Positions 8,493-16,946 of a stretch of DNA of 59,976 nucleotides are shown here, one piece after another (within the stretch, counting starts at the first letter, position 1; each line of letters starts with the position of its first letter). Source of the stretch: an uncultured Candidatus Saccharibacteria bacterium (lineage in GTDB: Bacteria > Patescibacteriota > Andersenbacteria > UBA10190). Position numbers and translations under genes: made by a program. The notes beneath the pieces are model-generated. The model ran no database searches and was not told the DNA's origin. It was given only the letters and a program-made list of their open reading frames with translations. Where the stretch lies: contig CAYVFG010000004.1 in the NCBI GenBank assembly GCA_964450915.1, forward strand, positions 1 through 59,976, written 5' to 3'.

Positions 8493-9573
8493 TTAGTATA
8501 CCACAAGAAAATCGCCAATGTCTCCATCTAAAACTTTTTGTGCGTTTCGCGTTTCCACATTCGAACGATGGTCCTTCACTAACGTATACGGATGCAAGAC
8601 ATACGACCTGATTTGGTTTCCAAAGGATGCTTCCAGGTGGGTGCCTCGAAGGTCTTTTACTTGCTGAACATTCTGCTGCTCTATGAGAAGCTGTAATTTT
8701 GCGGAAAGCATTCCCATTGCAGTTGCCTTATTTTGCGCTTGGGATCGCTGGGATTGCGATGCAGTAACAATGCCTGTAGGGATATGGCGGATGCGCACCG
8801 CAGAACTTGTTTTATTCACATGCTGTCCGCCGGCACCTGATGCTCGGTAGGTATCTATTTCTAAATCATTCGGGTCGATTTCTGGCGCTTCTGCTTCCGC
8901 GATTTCTGGAATAACTTCCACTCGGGCAAACGATGTTTGGCGCAAATTATCTGAATTAAATGGTGACAATCTCACTAGTCGATGTACGCCGTGTTCTCCT
9001 TTGAGTAGCCCATACGCATGATCGCCTGAAATAATAAACGTAGAATGTTTGATCCCCGCCTCTTCGCCAAGTGCACGATCTACCAGCGTGACTCCCCATC
9101 CTTTTTGTTCTGCAAATCTCATATACATGCGCTCCAGCATCTCGGCCCAATCCTGCGCATCTGTTCCGCCTGCCCCCGATTGAATGGTGACAATTGCGTT
9201 GTTTGCATCATGGGGACCGTTGAATCGCAGTAAAAATTCTTTATCGGATAATTCTTTTTCTATTTTCTTCAGGTGTTCTGAAATTTCTTGTTGCGATTGT
9301 TCATCAGCATCTGTAAGTATGCCAAGTAATTCTTTTGCATCGGCGAGCTGTTTTTCTAATCCGGATACAAAATCAATATCGCGTTGCAGATTTGCCAGTT
9401 CTTGCGTCAGTTTTTTTGCTTCTTCCTGATTATTCCAAAAGTCCGGTTTTTGCTGAAGCGTGTGTATTTCTTCGGCTCGCGTTGTTTTGGTTGCAACGTC
9501 AAAGACGGTCGGCCACTTTCGTGAGCCGCCCGGTTACGTCATCTATCTTCGCTTGTAATTCAACTAATTGCAT
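8493..9573 (-). CDS. prfB: peptide chain release factor 2, requires a programmed +1 frameshift
   Basis: Frame 0 reads MQLVELQAKIDDVTGRLTKVADRL then TGA (ATG at 9573, codon 24 CTT at 9504-9502, TGA at 9501-9499). The +1 frame continues DVATKTTRAEEIHTLQQKPDFWNN...SGAGGTDAQDW and joins the 8493-9140 ORF. The SPF and GGQ motifs are present. Confidence 0.9.
9498..9504 (-). other. RF2 autoregulatory +1 frameshift site CUU UGA C
   Basis: The exact heptanucleotide CTTTGAC is in frame with the ATG at 9573. Confidence 0.85.
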
Positions 9574-9593
9574 GGTGTAAGTATACAAGTATG

Positions 9594-9666
9594 AGCCATC
9601 TGTGGGAATCGAACCCACGACCTTTACGTTACGAGTGTAATGCTCTACCGACTGAGCTAAGATGGC
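9594..9666 (-). tRNA. tRNA-Thr (anticodon CGT)
   Basis: GCCATCT acceptor, D-arm GCTC/GAGC, anticodon loop CTCGTAA and T-loop TTCGATT. CCA is not encoded. Confidence 0.85.
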
Positions 9667-9705
9667 GGTAAGTCGTAGTGTAGCGAATATCGGGAAATTT
9701 GCCAG

Positions 9706-9954
9706 TTATAGAGCCCCTTCTTGGCGAAGGAGCGCTTCTTTTTTCCTAGCCCCTCTATTGTATTCCCCTAGCGTGCCGTCGGCCTTAATAACGCGATGGC
9801 ATGGGATACTTGGGTCATAATTATGCTTCATGACCGACCCTACTGCGCGATAGGCATTCGGGCTCCCGGCAAGCGCGGCAACTTCCCCGTATGTCATTGT
9901 CTTGCCCTTCGGAATATTCCTTACAATTTCAAGCACTCGCTCTGTAAATGTCAT
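9706..9954 (-). CDS. MGMT-family alkyltransferase, DNA-binding/active-site domain only
   Basis: About 82 aa from MTFTERVLEIV. It has TYGEVA, NAYRAVG and the IPCHRV active-site Cys motif. No N-terminal Ada/Ogt domain is present, and the start is uncertain (9954, 9969 or 9993). Confidence 0.75.
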   Translation of the reverse strand: MTFTERVLEIVRNIPKGKTMTYGEVAALAGSPNAYRAVGSVMKHNYDPSIPCHRVIKADGTLGEYNRGARKKEALLRQEGAL

Positions 9955-10010
9955 GCTGTAAGTATGCATGTGTATAATATTTTTTGTAAACATGGCATAA
10001 TAAAGAGGTT

Positions 10011-13000
10011 ATGAAGCGATTGTTTATAAGTTTTTTTGTATTCGTAGCCGTTGCGATATTCGGGATAAGTTTTTCTCCTTCTGCTCATGCAAACCAAGCA
10101 CCATCTGCAAGGGCTGCCTATTTTGTGAATGGTGTAAGAGCTGAGAATACGCAACCGGTTATTCCGAACGGAGCGACTGTCCATCTAGTCGTTGATGGGT
10201 CCGCAAGTTCCGATGCTGATGGTTGGACAACTTCGGGTACGGGAATTTCTCAGGGTGGAAGTTGTGTGCTGTACCGCGGATCGTCTGTCTACCAGACGGT
10301 GCAAAACCCTGCCAGTCCAGCTGATTGTAAATTCGATATCGGAACAGTCACCGTTAATAATAGCAATGTTACTCAATTCACTTTCTTTCTTAATGTTATT
10401 GATGCTGCAGGTGCAAGGGGCCCTTCAAGTGCTTCAGTAGGAATAACGCTGCATCGCCCAGGAGCCTTTGTTTCTGTTACGGGGGTTGGCGTTACTCAAA
10501 ATGGTTACCAGAGCAATAATACGACAATTACTGTTCCAAAGGGTGTCCCCGTACATTTATATGGCGATGGTTCCTCATCAATAGATGCACCTATCACCAG
10601 TTCGTATGTATATAATTTTAGTAATGGAGCCGGTGCTTGGAATGATCCTGTAATGGGAATATCGAATGGCGGATCATGCGCGTGGAATACCTCGCTTTCT
10701 CCCGGTGCCGTATATAATGGTTCGTATGATCACGTAATTTCGAACCCAGGAGCCCCGGGCGCGTGCGGTAAAGGAATTGATCTCGGAATCCATACGTTTC
10801 AAACATCTGGTACGTATCCGGTTCTGAAGATTACGGATAATACCGGAATGGTTTCCTATGCAGGTGTTCAAATTAACGCAGTTACTCCTCCTGCAAATAG
10901 ATTACCGGTTGCGGTTGCAAAAGTGAGCGTTAATGGTTCCGTTGTTAGTACGAGTGCTGTCGTGCCAAGAGGCACACCAGTTCATGTAATAATTAATGGA
11001 GCTAGCAGCACTGATCCAGATGGCTGGACAACACCTACTACGGGTGTTTCTCAGGGCGGAAAGTGCGAGATAAATACGACCCTCAGTAAAGCAGTTCCAA
11101 CTTCATATGCAAAAACAATACCAAATCCAGCTAGTGCGGCAGCATGTACTGCTGATTTGGGAATGCTTACATTCAACGACCCTCCAGGAACATATGTCTA
11201 TAATGTTTTAAGGATTACTGATGCATCTGCAGGAGTATCTCTTGAAGCTCAAATCACTATTAATGTTTCTGTATTAGATTCCGCCAATCACCCACCCGTC
11301 GCCGTTGCTCAAGTAAGGGCTGACGCGAGCTTGTATGGCCTGGAGCAAGCAGTTACGCAGGGCGTTCCTTCTCATATCTATTTAACGGCGCAAGGCAGTT
11401 ACGATCCTGATACGTGGACTGGCGGAAGCCTGGGGGTATATGGGATGGTGCCCATTGGAAAGTGCCAATGGAACACTGATTTAAATCTTGGCGTGACGAC
11501 GTATGAACGTACGATAAACGGTCCCGCCACCTCAACTGCCTGTGACGTTGATTTGGGGATGAAAACGTTTAACGATGCTCCTGGGAGATATATATATCCA
11601 GTATTGAAGCTTACCGATGCGCAAGGGAGCGAGTCTAATATTGCTTCTATTACTATTGTTGTGTTGCCAAAGGGCGCAAATTCTGCTCCCGTTGCCGTTG
11701 CGAAATTTAGCGCTAACGGCGCTGTCCCGCAACCCCATATTTATGTATCACGCGGAGTGCCTGTTCGGATCGGATTAGATGCAGCATCCAGTTATGATCC
11801 GAACGGTTGGACAGCTCCCGGCACTGGAATGTCGCAGGGAGGAAAGTGTTTTTGGAATACCAATTTGGATCAAAGTAGGCCGACGCCATTTGTGAAGACT
11901 ATTTCTAACCCCGCAAGCGCTGCTTCCTGTAACGTAGATTTGGGAACGCTTACGTTTAATGATCCGCCCGGAACATATACGTATGTCTTATTGAAGCTTA
12001 CGGACGCAAGCGGACTGCAGTCTCTTCTCGGGTACGCAAATACTTCCACGCACGGATTGTTTGCTCGCCTACTGCCTTCCGCATATGCGCAATCTGCCGA
12101 CGGCAGTGCGATGGTGACAATAGTAGACGGTCCGACCCCGACACCTACTACATCCGTAGAGCCGACACCTACGCCTACCCCATCCTGCAATCCGTTTGGG
12201 TACAATCCAAACTGCCCTCCGCCAACCCCTACTCCAGATCCAACGCCATGTGTTGTAGGGCAAGTATGCGACACCCCGTCGCCAACCCCGTGTGTTCCAG
12301 GAGAAGTGTGCGATACGCCAACTCCATCGCCTACGCCATGTATCCCGGGCGAGGCGTGCGATACGCCAACTCCTACTCCATCGCCTACCCCCACCTGCGA
12401 TCCGCTCGATGTGGCGTGTATTGTAACAAGTACACTACCGACAGACTCCGTGCTTGATGGTTTTGATGCAGTTAAAAATGGAATTACTAATGCGATTGCG
12501 AAGATTTTGAATATTGATCCAAAAGTCATTGCGAAAGCTATCGCAGAAAAAGCAAGCCTTGCCGCAAGTACTATCGCAGCTGTCGCACTCGCACTAAGCG
12601 CCCCGTTCCTTGCATCGAACATTATTCCAGCTGCTGCGCAGTGGGGGCAGTTCCTCGGTTCATTCTTTACGATTCACAAGAGAAAAGATCGTTGGGGTAT
12701 TGTAGTTGATAGCGATCTTGGCAAGCCGGTTGCCCAAGCAGTTGTTCAGGTATTCGATGCTCAGTTTAATCAACTAAAGGAAACGCAAGTAACCGGCAAC
12801 GATGGCCAGTTCGGATTCCTGCTCCCGGTTGGAAAGTACTATATTGTTGTGAGCGAGTCCGGATTCGTGTTCCCTGCTCGCAAGAAGCCTCCTGTTACGC
12901 TGCATAATGGAGAGAGAATTTATCTCGGAGAAGAATTTGAAATCACGGATCAGGATCCTGAAAAAATTCCGCATCTTGTCGTGCCGATGGATCGAGAAGA

Positions 13001-13475
13001 ATCTGCGCCTGCTGGAAATACTGCGCTGAGAAGGTATTGGGATCAATTGATCGAGCTTGTAGACAGAGTTGGATTTGTGTTCCTGTTCATTGGAGGCGCA
13101 ATAAATACATACTTGCTTCTCCTCGTGCCGGGCAAGCTTAATATTATATTCGAGTTCCTGTATTTGCTGCTCTTTATGTTGAAGTTGTATATTCTGTTAT
13201 CTCATCAGCGCGGTATCGGGTCGGTTGTTGATAGAGGGTCCAGAAAAATGCTTGATTTGTCTATTATTCGCCTATACGACGCAAAGACAAATCGCATTGT
13301 GCAGACAAAGGTAACGAATAGAAACGGCCGATTCTTCATCTTGGCGCCTAAGGGCGAATACACCGCATCGGTATCGAAGCCGGGATACAAAACGCTGCTT
13401 ATCAACAAGCTTCACATTAAGAGTAATTCTTCGAAAGCTCTCGCTCTCGACTTTGCACTGGAGCCGCTCAAATAA
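10011..13475 (+). CDS. giant surface protein: signal peptide, 5 PKD-like modules, Cys/Pro/Thr stalk, TM segments and two carboxypeptidase-regulatory-like domains
   Basis: 1154 aa. GAGG lies before the ATG, and the N-terminal hydrophobic signal ends in SAHA. The repeated modules carry the S(S/T)DPDGW and NPAS..(A/S)C motifs. The two C-terminal regions read VQVFDAQ...TGNDGQFGF..PVGKYYIVVS and IRLYDAK...TNRNGRFFILAPKGEYTASVSKPGYKT. Confidence 0.85.
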   Translation: MKRLFISFFVFVAVAIFGISFSPSAHANQAPSARAAYFVNGVRAENTQPVIPNGATVHLVVDGSASSDADGWTTSGTGISQGGSCVLYRGSSVYQTVQNPASPADCKFDIGTVTVNNSNVTQFTFFLNVIDAAGARGPSSASVGITLHRPGAFVSVTGVGVTQNGYQSNNTTITVPKGVPVHLYGDGSSSIDAPITSSYVYNFSNGAGAWNDPVMGISNGGSCAWNTSLSPGAVYNGSYDHVISNPGAPGACGKGIDLGIHTFQTSGTYPVLKITDNTGMVSYAGVQINAVTPPANRLPVAVAKVSVNGSVVSTSAVVPRGTPVHVIINGASSTDPDGWTTPTTGVSQGGKCEINTTLSKAVPTSYAKTIPNPASAAACTADLGMLTFNDPPGTYVYNVLRITDASAGVSLEAQITINVSVLDSANHPPVAVAQVRADASLYGLEQAVTQGVPSHIYLTAQGSYDPDTWTGGSLGVYGMVPIGKCQWNTDLNLGVTTYERTINGPATSTACDVDLGMKTFNDAPGRYIYPVLKLTDAQGSESNIASITIVVLPKGANSAPVAVAKFSANGAVPQPHIYVSRGVPVRIGLDAASSYDPNGWTAPGTGMSQGGKCFWNTNLDQSRPTPFVKTISNPASAASCNVDLGTLTFNDPPGTYTYVLLKLTDASGLQSLLGYANTSTHGLFARLLPSAYAQSADGSAMVTIVDGPTPTPTTSVEPTPTPTPSCNPFGYNPNCPPPTPTPDPTPCVVGQVCDTPSPTPCVPGEVCDTPTPSPTPCIPGEACDTPTPTPSPTPTCDPLDVACIVTSTLPTDSVLDGFDAVKNGITNAIAKILNIDPKVIAKAIAEKASLAASTIAAVALALSAPFLASNIIPAAAQWGQFLGSFFTIHKRKDRWGIVVDSDLGKPVAQAVVQVFDAQFNQLKETQVTGNDGQFGFLLPVGKYYIVVSESGFVFPARKKPPVTLHNGERIYLGEEFEITDQDPEKIPHLVVPMDREESAPAGNTALRRYWDQLIELVDRVGFVFLFIGGAINTYLLLLVPGKLNIIFEFLYLLLFMLKLYILLSHQRGIGSVVDRGSRKMLDLSIIRLYDAKTNRIVQTKVTNRNGRFFILAPKGEYTASVSKPGYKTLLINKLHIKSNSSKALALDFALEPLK
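10092..12128 (+). repeat. five tandem PKD-like modules of about 125-145 aa (protein-level repeats, diverged at DNA level)
   Basis: Each unit repeats the pattern PVAVA(K/Q)...G.PV...DGS.S.D(P/A)(D/N)GW...G.SQGG.C.WNT...I.NPAS...C..DLG..TFND.PGTY.Y.LK(L/I)TD. Two Cys are conserved per unit. Confidence 0.7.
12249..12395 (+). repeat. three tandem micro-repeats encoding C-(V/I)-(V/P)-G-(Q/E)-(V/A)-C-D-T-P-(S/T-P)n
   Basis: Units lie at 12249-12290, 12291-12338 and 12339-12395 (42, 48 and 57 nt). Units 2 and 3 share the string TGCGATACGCCAACTCC. They are embedded in a PTPTP-rich linker starting near 12129. Confidence 0.75.
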
Positions 13476-13552
13476 CTTGACAATTCATAACAAGTGTACT
13501 ACGTTCACTTGTTGAATGGTTCGACTGGTTGTTCCTTACAAGGAGAAAGTTC

Positions 13553-14035
13553 ATGTATCTGGATACGTCGGAACGAGGAGAGATGAAGGCCATAGTCGGA
13601 GGATTGTATGTGCGCTGGTTTATTCGGAAATTGAACGAGATTAGTTATGCGCATATCTTTCGAATCAGCGTGGCGTTTGTGCTTTGCCTTTGCGGGGTAT
13701 TCACTGCCTTTTTTTTCTTACCACGCGGCAGCGTAGCAGGGTCTTGGGTGGGCTTCTCGATACCGGTTATCATGACCGTGATTATCTGGATATCGGATCG
13801 ACATCGAAAAAGGAAAATGAAGGAAGAGATGGACCCGTATCCACCTGAGAGCTGGGAGAATGAAATTGAGCAATTGGAAGTAACCAGCCAGGAACGTCAG
13901 CTTTTCTTAAAGTTTCTCGATGTGTTGCAGGGAGAAAGCAAGGAAGAGTTGTGGGCTGTGCTTGATGAAATACAGCAATCGCCCGCGCTATCTCGGTTGT
14001 CCTTTGTTCGCGAAGTGCATGAATGGGTGAAATAA
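13553..14035 (+). CDS. hypothetical membrane protein
   Basis: AGGAG (13541-13545) lies 7 nt before the ATG at 13553. The protein has two hydrophobic segments and an acidic C-terminal half, and a terminator follows. Confidence 0.5.
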   Translation: MYLDTSERGEMKAIVGGLYVRWFIRKLNEISYAHIFRISVAFVLCLCGVFTAFFFLPRGSVAGSWVGFSIPVIMTVIIWISDRHRKRKMKEEMDPYPPESWENEIEQLEVTSQERQLFLKFLDVLQGESKEELWAVLDEIQQSPALSRLSFVREVHEWVK

Positions 14036-14056
14036 ATTTATAATGTTTTTAGTGAG

Positions 14057-14088
14057 TCCCCTGTCGGAATACGAGGGGGATTTTTTAT
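14057..14088 (+). terminator. rho-independent terminator
   Basis: TCCCCT...AGGGGGA hairpin followed by TTTTTTATT. Confidence 0.6.
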
Positions 14089-14104
14089 TGAGTATTTTTT
14101 ACGT

Positions 14105-14178
14105 TGGAGCGGGTAACGGGAATCGAACCCGTGTTTCAACCTTGGGAAGGTCGTATTCTACCACTGAATCATACCCGC
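14105..14178 (-). tRNA. tRNA-Gly (anticodon CCC), CCA encoded
   Basis: GCGGGTA acceptor, anticodon stem CGACC/GGTTG, loop TTCCCAA, T-loop TTCGATT and 3' TCCA. Confidence 0.85.
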
Positions 14179-14184
14179 ATTAAT

Positions 14185-14745
14185 TTATTTTGCTTTAACC
14201 TCTCCCCTATCAATATTCCAATGGTAATGAAAAAGCAAGAGGACGATAGTTCGCTGATGCGCCAAGTCTTTATATAAATCATCAGTATTTGTAATGTCTC
14301 GCTGTTTCATGAGCGCTTCTTGCTCCAAAAACGGTAAGATAATGTTCGAATCGTAATCTGCAAACGATGTAATGCCGAGCGGTCGGAGTGTAGAGATGTC
14401 TGTGGTGTGCAAAATTGCCGTACGATAGCGTACTGCATCTTGCAGGCTGATCGGCGATTGGATTGCCGCATGGGTGATGAGATGGCGGCGCATGATTGTT
14501 GTTAGCGTTGACGCATCAGATGGCATGGTCTTCCCCGTCGCAGCGGCAAATGCAATATCATACGCTCTTTGATGCGACCACTCCTGGCTTGTAATGCAGC
14601 CCCTCGTACTGCAGGCTATTGGCCACGGAAATGCTTTTGAAAGGCCATGGGTAGGATTTAAAAACGAAAGCGTGTAGAGCCAGATACTAGTAAGAACAAT
14701 GAGTATGGCGATAATTCCTACACTTATTATTTTTAGCCTGCTCAT
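14185..14745 (-). CDS. hypothetical membrane-anchored protein
   Basis: The likely start is MSRLKIISVGIIAILIVL (ATG at 14745), which overlaps the upstream stop by 4 nt. It has a single N-terminal TM helix. Confidence 0.5.
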   Translation of the reverse strand: MSRLKIISVGIIAILIVLTSIWLYTLSFLNPTHGLSKAFPWPIACSTRGCITSQEWSHQRAYDIAFAAATGKTMPSDASTLTTIMRRHLITHAAIQSPISLQDAVRYRTAILHTTDISTLRPLGITSFADYDSNIILPFLEQEALMKQRDITNTDDLYKDLAHQRTIVLLLFHYHWNIDRGEVKAK

Positions 14746-15122
14746 GAGTTTCTGGTATTCACGAAAAAGAGATACCACCACTTAAGCGGATTTGATTGTG
14801 GAGGAGCTGCTGGAGCAGTCGTGGCAGGGGCTTGGCTGTTGGATGACGCCGTTTCAGGAATGAGGACGACCTTTTCTCCGGGAGCGCGATAGTTGAGCTG
14901 TTCGCGCGCAAGGCGCTCTTTGTAATCAGGTGTTTTAAAATACTCATTGAGTTGCTGTAGCTCTACGAGGTGCTTCTGCATAGAATCTACTTGAGACTGC
15001 AATTCGTGGATTTGGTTTTGCACTTGCCAGCGGCGGTTTACTTCTTGAGCGAGCGATAAAATAATAAGCAGTACGATAATGCTTGCTGTAATAAGGACGA
15101 TATTTGGTCGAATTCGAGCCAT
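14742..15122 (-). CDS. septum formation initiator (FtsB/DivIC family)
   Basis: 126 aa with an N-terminal TM helix and a coiled coil. ERLAREQLNYRAPGEKVV is typical of FtsB/DivIC. Confidence 0.7.
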   Translation of the reverse strand: MARIRPNIVLITASIIVLLIILSLAQEVNRRWQVQNQIHELQSQVDSMQKHLVELQQLNEYFKTPDYKERLAREQLNYRAPGEKVVLIPETASSNSQAPATTAPAAPPQSNPLKWWYLFFVNTRNS

Positions 15123-15131
15123 AGGCTTTAT

Positions 15132-16178
15132 TTACGAAGCTTGTTTCGCGAGCGTGATAGAGGTGGAAACGCCATTGCGCAATACGGTGAGTTGAATTTG
15201 GCTGCCTGCAAGAAGATTCGTGATATTGCTATCCCAGCTCACAGTGTTTGCATTTACCGCAGTAATAATATCCCCCGTTTTTAGCTCTCCTTGAGAGGCA
15301 ATGCTCTTCGGCGCGACAGACTGTACCACAGCTTTTATTCCCAAGTGAGATTGAGCGTCTTCCTGGAGGCTCCAATTGATGGTGAATCCAAGATCCGTAA
15401 ACGGATTATAAGAAAGAGTATTCGATGAAAGCCTTGAAATTGCCTGCGCGACGTCTGGCGCCAGCAGAACAGATGATCCGTCGTCGGTAAGCAATAGTCC
15501 TGCAAGCTTCCCATCTTCGTCCAGTATCGCAGACCCTGGTACTGCGCTTGGCAACATTTGGATTGCTCCTATTTGCTGAATTCCTTCAGGCGTATCTGCT
15601 GATGCGGGATGGATTTGAGACATCACGGTTGCTTGGATAAGCGGAGAGATCGTGACAGATGATCGAGATAGTGCCAGAAGAGTGGATCCGATTTTTGGCA
15701 TCGTTTGCGTTACGTCGATAGGATTTATGAGCGCATTTTGCAGTTTGAAGAAATGTATTCCCGTAAGCACATCCGTTCCGATTTGAGTAGCTTCAATAAG
15801 TGTGGCATCTTCTCCGAGTGCGAATACCGGATCGGTGCCGCCATTTTGAGTGGAGGCGATAATCCCGTCGTTTGTGACTGCAACTCCGGTTGCAAATACT
15901 TTTACGCCCTTAGCTGTTTTGTGAACCAGGAGGAATATCGATTTTGACTTGGACGCCGCAATGTCAGATGCGAGCTTTCCGGGAGAAACGGTTATTTGCT
16001 GGGATACTGGAATCATTGTTCCTGAACTGTTTGGCGATGATGGTGCAACTTCGATGCGCGCCGTTTTATTGATATGCGATCCTATATATCCCCCGATTGC
16101 GCCTACGCATGCCAAGAGAGCAATAATCGCAATAAGTATCCCGAGAGAAATTTTTACCGTTTTTGGTTCTGAGGCCAT
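15132..16178 (-). CDS. HtrA-like trypsin-fold protein with C-terminal PDZ domain, catalytic His not evident
   Basis: 348 aa with an N-terminal TM helix. The GVAVTNDGIIASTQNG region aligns by eye to GSGFII..DGYILTNNHV. PGSAILDEDGKLAGL aligns to GNSGGPL..GE.IGI. A PDZ-like GELKTGDIITAVN follows. Confidence 0.6.
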   Translation of the reverse strand: MASEPKTVKISLGILIAIIALLACVGAIGGYIGSHINKTARIEVAPSSPNSSGTMIPVSQQITVSPGKLASDIAASKSKSIFLLVHKTAKGVKVFATGVAVTNDGIIASTQNGGTDPVFALGEDATLIEATQIGTDVLTGIHFFKLQNALINPIDVTQTMPKIGSTLLALSRSSVTISPLIQATVMSQIHPASADTPEGIQQIGAIQMLPSAVPGSAILDEDGKLAGLLLTDDGSSVLLAPDVAQAISRLSSNTLSYNPFTDLGFTINWSLQEDAQSHLGIKAVVQSVAPKSIASQGELKTGDIITAVNANTVSWDSNITNLLAGSQIQLTVLRNGVSTSITLAKQAS

Positions 16179-16196
16179 ATGTATAGTATAGCAAAC

Positions 16197-16937
16197 TTAT
16201 GACCAACGTGCTGTAGCAAGCAAGAACGCGATGCCGACTGCCCCGGCGATGGCAAGCTCAAGTATGAAGCGGCGTGTTAATCGCCGCTCATATGCCGAAG
16301 CGATAATTTGCATCGATGCATAGTATAAGGAAACGACGAGTCCGGACTGAACGATAAAATTCATTGGTAAGAATTGCAGTATCCACGCGGTTTCCGTTAA
16401 TACGAGACCGAGCGCGAGCGACAGCAGTGCTGTTTCTTGGATGGATCGAGTATATCGAACGAGCGATTGAAATGCCGTAAGACTGATAACTGGAAATAAT
16501 ATTGCAATTACGTATCCTACTGAGGTGTATAAATAAAACCTCCAGCCTATTACGGATGCCGTGCATGCAAATAAAACTACTAAAGATATAGTCAGATTCC
16601 AGGTAGGCCATGCCTGCTTTGCACCGTATTTAAGAATGGCAAAGAAAATAATTGAGCAAATAATAAAATAAATATGCAAGAAGAACGTTTGCGGGAGATA
16701 TATTGCGAATGCGGTAAATCCGAATGCCGCAAGCGTCGGCAAGATTGCCTGGGTGGGGTGGAAGTCGGAACCTTCTTCTGATCGTATTAAAATAATACCG
16801 ATAATGAGTACGGCAACAATGATAAAGAACAGCAATACGGGCCACCTACTTAATGCAAACCAAAGCTCTGTTCCAATGAGGTAGAACAGTGACAAGAGCG
16901 CGTAATGTGATGATGGGAATATGCGCCGTATATTCAT
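16197..16937 (-). CDS. hypothetical polytopic membrane protein
   Basis: 246 aa with about 7-8 hydrophobic helices and no recognised motif. Confidence 0.5.
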   Translation of the reverse strand: MNIRRIFPSSHYALLSLFYLIGTELWFALSRWPVLLFFIIVAVLIIGIILIRSEEGSDFHPTQAILPTLAAFGFTAFAIYLPQTFFLHIYFIICSIIFFAILKYGAKQAWPTWNLTISLVVLFACTASVIGWRFYLYTSVGYVIAILFPVISLTAFQSLVRYTRSIQETALLSLALGLVLTETAWILQFLPMNFIVQSGLVVSLYYASMQIIASAYERRLTRRFILELAIAGAVGIAFLLATARWS

Positions 16938-16946
16938 GGGGCGGAA

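Noticed and set aside
10092-12128. Diversity-generating retroelement target, or a variable/template repeat pair, in the repeat-rich giant gene.
   Set aside because: There is no reverse transcriptase gene in the window. There is also no near-identical DNA repeat pair with adenine-specific mismatches. The five modules are only moderately similar at the DNA level.
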